Shown piece by piece: positions 47,914 through 59,036 of a stretch of 64,000 bases of DNA; position 1 is the first letter of the stretch; each line of letters opens with the position of its first letter. The DNA lies in NCBI GenBank assembly GCA_973895155.1, contig OZ316895.1, positions 10,962,184-11,026,183 of the forward strand, read 5' to 3'. The DNA comes from Marsupella aquatica (taxonomy: Eukaryota > Plantae > Marchantiophyta). A program made the translations under genes and the position numbers. Below the pieces are notes generated by a model, which worked only from the letters and a program-made list of their open reading frames with translations, made no database searches and was not told where the DNA came from.

Positions 47914-50900
47914 TTTCTTAAGTTTAATATGGTTTTTAGTGTCTTCAATGTCACTAAGTAAAGTCATTATGTGTGAAGGCCCACCATCTATTTGAAAGGG
48001 ATTCCCAAGCTTTTTGAAGCTAAGCACCAGGCTAAGCACTTGTCTATTAGAGCAATGACATATGGGGAGGACCTCCAAAGTGGAGCCAACCCTTCTAATC
48101 CTAATCTTCCGTTAACCCTTGCTGGCTTTCTAATCCTAATACCCTTTTTAGCATGGCTGCTCTCTGATTCCCCATTGGACACGGTTTGGGCCTATCTGTT
48201 ATCTTTGTCTGGTGCTGTTTCGGGAGCTTGGCTATTGGCTAGTAAGTCCTTTTTGGGCCCTATTCCATGTGAGTTCCTTCATCTTTGCCACCTCTATGAT
48301 CATTGTGTCTTTAGCTTGGTCCACCCACCTGTTCTTCTTGGGCCAACCCATTTATGTTTGTTGGGACTCTGCTGGCCCATCAGGGTGTTCAGATTCTCCG
48401 ATGTAGTCATGGAAGTGAGCGGACCATGACCCATGCATGATGACATCCTTGCATGATGTGGTGGCCCGGTGTAGTGGCCGCAAATGCCCGTGATTTAGTT
48501 ACCATGTTAATATCTATGGAGCAGCTCCATGCGGGCTCCATGTGGTCCCAGGCACCTTGGGATGGTGTTCCCAACCAGTGCCAGGCTGATCTGCCTTGGT
48601 CTTTCTAGGCCAGGCATTTGGCCCTTGGGCAGGACCTCGAGGATATGGAAATTGCTAATCCTACTAACCCAAACAAATTCACAATCGTTGCCCATGCATG
48701 TACTGGGCCATGCTGCCACCAATGCAACTTGGCTCAAGGCTCGGCTCAAGGAGGAGGCTCATTCTACTTGTTACCCTAGGGATCTTTTCCTCTTGCTCTG
48801 GAGGCTTTTGAGAACTCTCACCCCATCTTCGACCATATTCTTCGGGCTTGTGCCGTAATTTGTGTTGGGGTGGGACCTTGCCCACCCCTTTAAGTCCTCA
48901 ATGGCTTCTTTCAGCAGTGGGTGTGAGGTGCTCTACAACGGGCTCAGGCTTTCACTATCTTTCATTGGGCTGATGCTCTCTTGGTTTTACTTAGGGCTTT
49001 CAATCAGCTTCCAATTCAACCAGCAGATTACCAGCAGATGGAGGAACACAGATCGCAGGCTGATATCTTCTGTTATGTGCAATGATCCGCCAATGGACCA
49101 GTCATGCCGAATTGTCCTCAACCTTTAGGAGAGGTGAAAGTCAAAACAGTTTATCCTCAATAAGGAATTTATTTACTGATAATTAGAATGTTGACATTCC
49201 CCACGGTCTTCAAAAGGCCAAGGTGTTATGCTCATAGTGAAAGTAAACCCAAAACCATATCCTAAGCAATACTAAGGGTGAACTGTCGGCTGAATCCACT
49301 GAAATGAAATGAAATCAATGAAATCAAAGAACCAGGTATTAAAAGGGAACCAAAAGTTTCTATAATGGAGAGATCAAACTCTTGTAGGCATACCGTAAGC
49401 TCCTCTGAAGATGCTCATCTGTAGATGGGTACATCAGGCATCCTAAAATAATGGAGACATCTCAAGAGTATCTTGAATGCCTCTTGAGTTTTACCTTACT
49501 TTTGGTAGCAAAGGAGCTGTGTAGCGGCAGCTATAAAAGACCAGCAGAAAGTATCAATATTTACTTGTGAATTTCATACAGGAAAATCTGGATGTAAAAA
49601 TCAAGGTGGAAGCTTGAAGGGTAGCCTTGTGGCACTCCACGCATGAATGGCTCCATGCACAGCTCTTTGAGCTTGAACTTTTACATGGAAATGGCTAGAG
49701 CACAAGCAACCAGATTATGACTTGTCCAAGAGCTGCTCGCATTCTTCTTATTAAAATTTCCTCTCCAAAAAAAGAAACAATTGTTTTCACACTTTTTGGC
49801 AGAAGGTCAGTTGGACAAAAGGAGGAAATGGATGGATAAGGTCGGTGGAGAGAATTTTCTCAATCTCGAGGTAGGGTTCAATACAACGGCCATATGGCAG
49901 TTCTGTAGACTGATGAGGCAAAGCTTTGATAAAGTCAGAGCAATTTGCAACGTGGAATCAGCATATTAGCAGAAGCAGGTACTGTAAGTCAGAAAAAATA
50001 TTAATAATCTATGGATTCACAGTCATGATGACTAAAAATTGGATTCAGTCTTGTCCTTCCGGCTTTGGGAATCATTCTGTATCCTTTCTCCGTCAGCGTG
50101 GGATGACATTGCTTTCCGAGTATACTTTGAAACAAAGTGTGAACAGTGAAAAGTAGCACGAGGTAACAAAATCGTTTTCGGCAATGAAATAACTCCGAGT
50201 GCTCTCAAACGAAATGGAAATTTCCCCACCTCTGGTACTTTTGGCCTTTCACTTCGAGGCACACCGCGTTGTATGTTGTTTCAATGATTGGAAAGCAGTC
50301 AAATTTTTTGAGGCAGAAATTGTGGGATGCCTTGATTTTAGTGGGACGTAGCAAGAGTCGGAGGTGAGTTCTTGTCAAGGTATCACTCAGTACTTATGTA
50401 TGTCATTATTGAGACATGAAGTTAGTGATCTTGTACACTTTCTTTCAAAACAACCCAAAGAAAAAAGTTGCAAGACGGAGGAAATGATAAATAATATACA
50501 GGGAATTGAACGGCACTTGTGTGCATACTTTCTTTTCCCCCTTCTTTCAAACTTAGATGCATACGGGTCCTTCTGAGACAGGAAGCAGCAGAAGCAAAAG
50601 TAGAGATTCACGTAGCCTAACCTCGTGAGATGCAGTTCAGCGGTTGGGCACTAATTAGAGTGTCTCGTAGAAGAGACTGAATTTGTGAAACGAAAATGCC
50701 TCTGCAATAATGCCAATGTTCGGCAGCGTTCGTACCCAAGAGCGAGATCTGCCAAAGCTATATAATATATATATATCTTGGGGCACAGTTGTTTTTAGTA
50801 TGTGCCTTGAAACCTGAATCTGTAAGCTCATATTTCACTTTTGCACTTGCATACTAAAACCAAAACTTGGAATGACAGCAACAAAATGACAAGTTGCCAT

Positions 50901-51089
50901 ACAAGACAACTTCAGCTGGGAAAGTAGCGCAGTTCACATTGAGCACAATCTACTTCCCTAAAGGCACATTTCTCGATGTAACTTCAAATTATTCTGCTTT
51001 TATTGATTTATATTTGGCATGAATGACCGGCTATCGAAACAATTTTTAAAAGAATTGGGACGGAAATTTCTGAGAATGGGACTGTGAAG

Positions 51090-53942
51090 TCATGAGTCTA
51101 TTGCTCGAGACCTCTCTATTTGTGCATCTTCATCCATCTGAGCCGCTTTCTCTGCTTCTTGTTTCAGTAAGTCTTCTCCAAATTCCAGACCCGCAAACTT
51201 GAAGGTCCTCTTGTCAACCAGCTTATCCTTACCAGCGATCCCCCATACAGAATGCTCATATACTTCCACATCCACCTCGGCCAGGAATGTTTCTCGACAA
51301 GCAGACTCCCAGTGGATCTTCCCTATCGGAGCTAGAACTGCTTCCGACAGTGTTTTAGGATCCCCCGTCGCTTTTATCTAAGAACACCCGCAGAATACCA
51401 TGCAATGACGAATTTAGTCCATCGACTCAATCCAGTTGACATTTAAATTTGTAAGAAGAGAGAACCTATTACTACTGTAAGTCACAGCAGAGTTCAAAAA
51501 TTAAATATAGGATAGAAGGGTCCTCACATTTACGGTATGTGATGCGTTAACCCCTTCCACAGAAAATTCACCACTTAATGCAGAAATCGAAAGATTTTTG
51601 AAGATAGTCCCAAGATCATTTGTGCGCATATCGATATTGATTTGTGGCGATCGATACCCAAAGGTGATAAGGTATGGTGTTCTAGCTGACTCTCCAATTT
51701 TGTAATACGCTGCTGATCCCAATATCTGTAAAACACATCCACGGCGTTACGAATTTCTACTGTAGCGAGTAACTTTTGACATCTAGAATAGGTAATAAAC
51801 ATATAAAGGAGTTTTCAAGATAGGAAATGAAAACAACCATGTCCTACCTAAATCTCCACATACAATAGAAAACTCACAGTTTCAGATAATGTGCAGTACA
51901 ATGTTTACTCACATACCATTACGTTGTACCCAGCAAGTGAAGTAATTCGAAGAATTTATGTAGATTTGTCAGCCTCGACCTTTCAACAATCCTCTTGGTG
52001 TAAATCATGTTCCTGATTTTAGTTTAAGTGATATTTGAGAGCCATAGCCCACTGCACCTTCTCTCTAGGAAATGTAACATTTTCATTGAATTTTCTTTGC
52101 ATCTTCGACGAGAATTCATTCACAAGAGCTACTCGAAGCTTTCTTCGAGCACCTGAAATTACTTCCCAATATCTAGCCTTAGTTTAGATCTCCCGTGTTT
52201 GGCTAAGTTGCTGTTAGCCATATGTTTGTTGACAACCTAAAATATTCTGGGACTACATATCTACTGCAAGATGTCTTTGTTCTCAACAGTCATTAGAGTA
52301 CTTTAATTTCCCACCTGAGCAGAATTGTCGGATGAAAATCCTTGAAACCAAGCGTGACCAGATGGGAAGGTTAGTCCCCAGTTTTTCTCTTGATGTGCCC
52401 ATCCTCTCCCGTTCCTTGCCAGCACTCCATCTGGACCAGAGAATTTGAACTCGACTTTCGAGCCAAGACTGTAGGCATACCAGTGAGTGGGTACTGGAAG
52501 ACTTCTTGCCCAGCCCTCTGGACCTCTCTCAGACTGATCAGCATCCCACAGAACCTGGTACGCACCCAAACAACAGGTCTCATCAGTTATGCGTGCTGGA
52601 GCCACTTACTATTGGCTAGAGCGATAGAGTCTTGTGACATCGAATTTCCCACTGGAAACAATCTAGACATACCGAATGTAATGTCAACAAGCTAGCAAGA
52701 CAGAAGATGGAGAAGAACTTAAGATTTTAGTAATAAGCAGCTAATCCTATAAAAAACCAATCAACAACCACCAGGACTCATGGGCAGAAGTGCTTCAAAA
52801 CGGTCATCCAGCTATCATAATCACGAAGTCAACATCTTGCAAATGGATTGTGAAGTGGGAGTTGTTCACATTGTCTGACAGACGGGCTTGGAGGGAGTAG
52901 CCCATAATTGTAACGTCGATTTCGGTCATATCTGCTTTAGTCTTAATCATTCCAAGTCCAGGCGCTTTCCACTCAAATCCGACGGGTTCTGAATTAAGGG
53001 GCTTGCGATCCTCACTTACATTCTCGCTGGGAATGTCCACGAATGTTGCATCCTGCCAAATCAAACCAAATTAGAGGGTATCCGCAAACGTCAGCTTCTG
53101 CCTAGCATCAACACCTCTCATGTCCTATGACAAAAATATTTATCGCTCGTCCTTTTCCTGGACAAATTCACTACTGGTCAAAACACAGCTACATTTAGAT
53201 ATGTTCAAACCAAAAATTTGAAACTCCAATCTCTTCTAAATGATGCAACCGTCTTCAAATTCTGAGCTCTTCTGCAGCGAGTGCATATAGGAGACTCACG
53301 CACCTTGGAGATTTCGGCCACGGCGTAGGTCCGAAGCACGTACTTCCCATCGTCCTCGCTCCTGACCGCGTTAGCATTTCGAGTCCCCAAATCTTCCGGC
53401 GTAGGGGTGAACAGCAGCGTCACCTGACTCTCCTCAGTCGCATAGTTAGTGGCCAGGATCACAGCAGCACTGAAGTTGCTCTCCGGATCCCACAGTCTCA
53501 CAAACCATCCTTCAAACGAGGGATACGGCCGCACAGATTCAGGGAGTAGCTTGCTGAAATTGGGCTTGTGGGGATCCCAAGGATGCTGTGACAATACCGC
53601 CTGCTCTGGCAACGTCTCTGATGTGTTTTCGTCCTCGTTCGTTCCCTCTTTGGTGGATTCGTCGGTGGTCATTCTTGCACTGACAGACACCATACTGCCT
53701 CCCATTTTCTCCATAGGCCTCCGGGATTTCTGTAATTTCCGGAAGGGCTTCGTGTCTACAAAAATGTTCTTCCTGAGCTGGACTCTGTTGTTGCTGGTAG
53801 ACAGCAAAGACCGTCTTGCACTCCGTCGTGAACTCCAATGCAAACTTTGTCGGGCAGGAGCTCCTACGTGCACAGAAGGGGGAGGAGCACTACCACTCAC
53901 AGAAGTGCTGCAAACTCCGGATGAGCGGAGTATGCACTCCAT
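51090..53942 (-). CDS. Tocopherol-cyclase-family protein (not canonical VTE1), 515 aa, with a probable plastid transit peptide
   Basis: Exons 53942-53304, 53052-52870, 52554-52315, 51725-51528, 51377-51090, all GT-AG and phase 0, total 1548 nt. Motifs FEGWF, GPEGW, THWYAYSLGS, AHQEKNWGLTFP..HAWFQG, AGLEFG. N-terminus is Ser/Arg-rich and acid-poor. Confidence 0.85.
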
Positions 53943-55083
53943 TTTGCACTGCAGGGCAATAATTCAATTCCGTAATCCTCCGTTAATCACCACTCAATAA
54001 ATAAAAGCTGAAAACTCTTCGCTATTGACAACTTTTCGGTCAATGCGAGAGCAAATCGTAGGACATAGAGTGAAGGCTACGAGAGGACTACTACAAATCC
54101 CTAGGAAAAGAGGGGACAATAAAATTTGATTCACATACCCTCGGTTGTCAATGTTAGACAACAGATTCTTCAGATTTCTTGCAAGACATTGGATTGTTCA
54201 TTCTCAAGTTACATTTATGGGTATTGCTGCCCAATCGGAATGCAAGGACATTGAACCCTGTTGAACTACGTTGGAAGCTCGGAGCCATGTGTTTTGGGTC
54301 GGTCTCTGCCGAATCCCCGTGCTCCATTTGTACACCTGTAAGTTCCTGGATTCGCCAAGTATGATTTGAGGAGGCCGAATGGATGTGATGGAAATGTGGG
54401 GAGGTGAGGGAGGCAGATGGGCACCATGCCCAGCTCCTCCTCTTTGTTGTCCAGTCACAACTGTACTTTAATGCTGACTGCAAAAAATAAGTAGTTAAAA
54501 TTTCTGGGACCCACTAACAAAATACTTGGGTGTCATGGTGAAACTTTGGTAAATCTACAACTATAATAAGGGATCCCGCTTATTTTTGCCCTTCGTTCCA
54601 ATACAAAATAGCTCCTGGGCGGAAAAGATCCACAACCGTTGGATTTCATTAGCTATTTTCCTTGACCATTGATGGAAACAATGTGCACCCCTGGCACATA
54701 TGTGCTTCCCACTGCCCCATAATTATAAATGCCCCTACCTGAATCCGTATGGGCCTACCCTCCTTGCACAGTGCAGTGCACTGGCATAGGGCTCATAATA
54801 TATAAATAACTGCAAAGGATCAAAACTGCCCGACCAGGAGACATGATCCCAATGGCCAAAACTCAATAAAAGTGCAAACAAAGGAAAAATGGAGGAGAAC
54901 TTTGAAACTTTGAAAATTTTCTAAAATATTTTGACCATTCCATCCTGGCCTAAACACTGACTATTTACCAGCGTAGACACTGCTTTTAGAATTAAGAAAT
55001 TAAAAATGTTCATGCCTTCCCTTTTTTAGTAATTATCAACCTGTCCAACGCACAAGGAAACCTTGTCCCTATAGGCAATAGTA

Positions 55084-55509
55084 CCGTCTTCCCTTGAACA
55101 CAGCGCCCGGGCATTGTGTTCGAAAATAGATTTATTTAAGTTTCCATATGAAAAAGTATTTTTTCTTCAAACACAACATCTTAACACAGCACCTGGGCGT
55201 TTTGTTCGAATATTGGCATTGTGTTTGAGTTGGACATTGCGAGATGTGACCGTAAAGTGTTCTACGTTGAGCACGAGGTTGAGCACAAATAGTAAAAACT
55301 TTAAGAAGCATATGCCAATGCCAATATTCAAAGTAACGGAACATCAATATTTGAACACATTGCCCATTTTCAAACACCCTGCAAATACAAAAAATGAAAA
55401 CACATACTCAAAACTTGAATACAACGCCCCGGGCACACTATTTGAATAGAACGCCACATGGCCCACTATTCAAATACAAGGCCATGCGGTTGTATTCGGG
55501 GGAAGAGGG
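55084..55509. mobile_element. Tc1/mariner (pogo/Tc2-like) MITE
   Basis: TA|ccgtcttcccttgaacacagcgc ... gcggttgtattcgggggaagaggg|TA: imperfect ~24-bp TIRs with a TA TSD. Internal repeats of aca.cgccc(c)gggca. Confidence 0.65.
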
Positions 55510-57895
55510 TAGCCCAATGGCCCTCCATTTCACTACTGTTGTTGCAGCCATGGGATTTTTGCTTTGGCCATGCAGTTTTGCAGTCATGCGATCGTTGCAC
55601 CCATGTGGTCATCTTATTATAAAAGCGCGAACAAAGTTTACTCTTAAGGGGCTAGGGTCTAGAGTGAAGCCTCTAGACCATAACCCTTTAATACAGATAA
55701 AAGTGATCATGAGTCCCAATAAAAAAAACTTTAAACAAGGATGGACACAAATGATATTGATTCCAAATAAAGACAAAACTGAACTGAGGGTGGACAAAAA
55801 ACAAGGATGGGACCAGATTAACTGAAATAGCATAAAAAAAATCTTAAGCAAGATTGTTTTTCTTCATATCTATTTATGTTCAAGGAATGGGTAATTGGGC
55901 TAGTTGTCTTATTAAATTAGAAAGTCCCTTTGCTCCCATTGCACTTCCTCTGGAGCTGAATATGACTACCACAGATATGCAAATAGTAAAGTGGCTGTGG
56001 TTGCAGTTTTGGTTCAAGAGTGCATTGAAAGCATTACAAGGAAAATTTGCACATTTACCCATCCTTCATGATAGTAGAAAGTTGAACTTTGGTTATCACT
56101 TGAATGTTATAAGAATTTTCATGGTTCATTCTTTTTTATATCAGTTCGGCCATATTGTAGAACGGTTCACTCGTGCTATATATCAATTATATTTTGGTTC
56201 TGTCATGTGTTCAGATGTTACACACAAATCAATACAATGAAACCTGCTAATCTGAGCATCCAATGTTTGTACTACCATTAATAATCTATGCAATACAACT
56301 TCTCAGACCATCCCATCATAGCAAATGACATTAATATATAGGGCATCTCAAACCTAGTCATGGCTGAAAGTTACGGATTTATGGTTTCATCTGTAACTGG
56401 TTATGGAACCCAGTTAAGGAAATCAAAAAGGGGGGAGGTAGCATTGACCAGCCCCATAAGCCAAGAGTTAATTGTCTCCCCTGAGTCTCCTAGCATATAT
56501 CATTTTTCTTTATTCTCTGTCACCCGCTACCTCAAATGCAGCATCTATTACCACATAGGCATGAGCCCACATGCCTTCAACTGCAGCTCTTTGGATTTTT
56601 AGATTTAAAGTTACGGGAAAGCTATTAGGGTTATTTGTGGAGTGTTAAGCCCACAGGCTTACCGTACTGTAGCCAGAAATCGGCTTTCATTGCTTTTACT
56701 GGAGTTCCCATAACTTTTTGTGGGTTTCAGTGTGAATCCCATGGAGTTGGGGGGAGGGCAGGTGCAGAAAGGCCATCAAAATAAAGGAGCGCCCCACAAA
56801 GGGCAACAGGGTAAAAACCCTTGGAACAAAAGCCAAAAGGCACAAAATGCAAGTGACCCACCCCTGCAAGCTGCAATGATAGAACAAAACAGATGGCAAT
56901 GCATCCTAGAAACCTAGAAGCTGGGCATTACATCGGCCACCCATATTGCAAAGAGCAACAACACTGCATCTTATCTAAGATGAAATCCAAGAGGCCCCTC
57001 TAGGCAGTCATCTTAGTACTCTAACCTGCTCCAGCAGCTCTCTGGGAGGTCCCATAGACCTTGAGTACTAGGAAAACATTATCCTCGTATAGCCAAGTAT
57101 TGAGAAGCCCTCATGATAGACCATTCTCCTTCATAAGCATTCTTTTTTGCCTTGAAACATCCAATTGAATTCCATTCAAAGAGACAAAGTACAACAGGGT
57201 GACCCACAAAGGGGGGACAACACCCGAAAGGGGACCTGAGGTCATGTGCCAGGAACGGGGGGGCTGGGACCAAGATAGAGGCCAGGCTACGGTTGGTGTT
57301 TCTGCCCTTGGGCACTATGATATATATACCTACCCAGCAGGCTCCTCTCTCATTTTACCTAGGCAAACAAAAACAAATCAAAAAGATAGAGGCCAGGCCT
57401 CCACAGAGAGGCAGCCAACCACGACGTTCCACTACTGTAGGGGGAGCTGCACACATACAAGACCGGCCAGTGAAACAGCCCCGGCTGGGGCCCACTCAGT
57501 GGGTCCGAAACAAAACTAAGGAGACTCATCAATCTAATCTACAGGTCAAAACTCTACCTTGAATAGTGAAAACATTTCAAGGGGGCACGGGGGACCTGAA
57601 GGATGTCAGCTGGACCTCCCAGATCGAGGCCAGCGTACACAACCTAATCAGAGGACATATCTGAAAAAATGCTGTTGCCTCAGGCCTTCCCTGCCCTCAA
57701 CTTCTGTCTAAGACAAGCCCAGTCCCCTACCCATGTTAACACTGCGCCTATGCCAGGATTTTCTAATTACAACATGGGGATCAGAAGTGGTGTGTTCAAT
57801 GAAGTGGGCCTTCAAAAACATTCTTGAGTTTGTAAGGGGAGAGGTCCATGAACTAATGTGACACATTATGTCTCCTCCATGAGAACTCATTAAAA

Positions 57896-58247
57896 AATAA
57901 AAATAAAAAAATAAAAAAATAAACAATTGGCTTAGGTCAATTGGCTAGGGGATTTGCCTGGAACTGAGAGGTCCCAGGTTCAATCCCCCCTCCACACACC
58001 TGTGTGTGGAGGTTATATGTGTGTGGGTGGGATGGGTTTTGTAGGTAGTGGATTGGAGTTCTGATTATCTGCTCGGCCCCTGGTTGCCCACTTGGTGGCC
58101 CTGATGTAACCCTCTCTCCCTCCTGGTGTGGGTCCAGGCCGGATCCATTGGGGCTCACCCTGGTCTGTGTTCCCTACAGAAAAACTGTTTGGGGTGGAGG
58201 GAATCTAATTGTATTTCTTCCCCATTTCCGTTCAAGACAAAAAAACA
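57896..58247 (+). mobile_element. tRNA-derived SINE with a 14-bp target-site duplication
   Basis: A-box-like TAGGTCAATTGG (57933-57944), B box GGTTCAATCC (57977-57986), A-rich tail (58239-58245). TSD agaactcattaaaa at 57882-57895 and 58248-58261. Confidence 0.8.
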
Positions 58248-59036
58248 AGAACTCATTAAAATGTTTAAAATACTCCTAGGTCTGTGATTGGGCCTGAGTC
58301 TTGTGACCAGACTTTCATGAGGATAAAACTTTTGTTCCAGAGTCCCACCAAGTCTTTAGCTGTGACCTAGGCCATGCATTACACTTGTCAACCACCCGAA
58401 AGCTTGTGTCCAGTTATTAGTAGATTAGAGTGAAACTTGTCAAAACTAGTGTACAGCCGCGTGCAAGTCATTGATTGAACAGGACGAGCAGCAAAGTGAA
58501 CTCCACTGCACTGTGTATAACATTGGCAGAGTTCCATTGGCAATTTGGTTTATCGCATCTCCCCCCTCTACACCGCCATCTTTTTCGCTTGCAGATCTTC
58601 TGCTCGAGCCCTGTCACCAGCTCTCGAGTGGGTTACTTTCGGTTGCAGAGGTGTCTAATGCCAGTGTGCTTTCTTCAACATCGTCTTTATTATTCTCACA
58701 GGGTTCGCTATGATGCTCAGATTCGTCAGTCTCTGATGTAGTGAGCTCCTCGAGTGGAGCTTTGCCTGGATTATGAGACATAGGAGCAGTGGAGACACGC
58801 ATGAAGATACATTCACTCAGGCTTGCCCTGTTCGGTTCTCCCTTGGTAAGGATTATCTTTAGTCTACAGAGCTCAGCAGGAAGTATACTAGAGCTTGGCG
58901 GCAAGTGCACTCAGGTTGGATTACAAAATTGGGCAATCAGCTAAGGGGATCCAAGCACCAGTAGTTAACGTGATTGGACAAAACTCATGATTTTATAATC
59001 GGACCAGCTCTTCTTCATTTAGCTCAGTTGAGTAAA

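Noticed and set aside
47990-49130. Possible LINE or retroelement remnants (also ~56700-57720 and ~22020-22260)
   Set aside because: Composition is suggestive, but I found no recognisable RT, endonuclease or RNase H motif.
51090-53942. Calling the gene VTE1
   Set aside because: Motifs differ from canonical plant VTE1 as I recall them, and orthology cannot be established without a phylogeny.
55608-55903. Possible short Helitron (TCTTATTATAAAAG...CTAG)
   Set aside because: The 3' hairpin is too degenerate to support the call.
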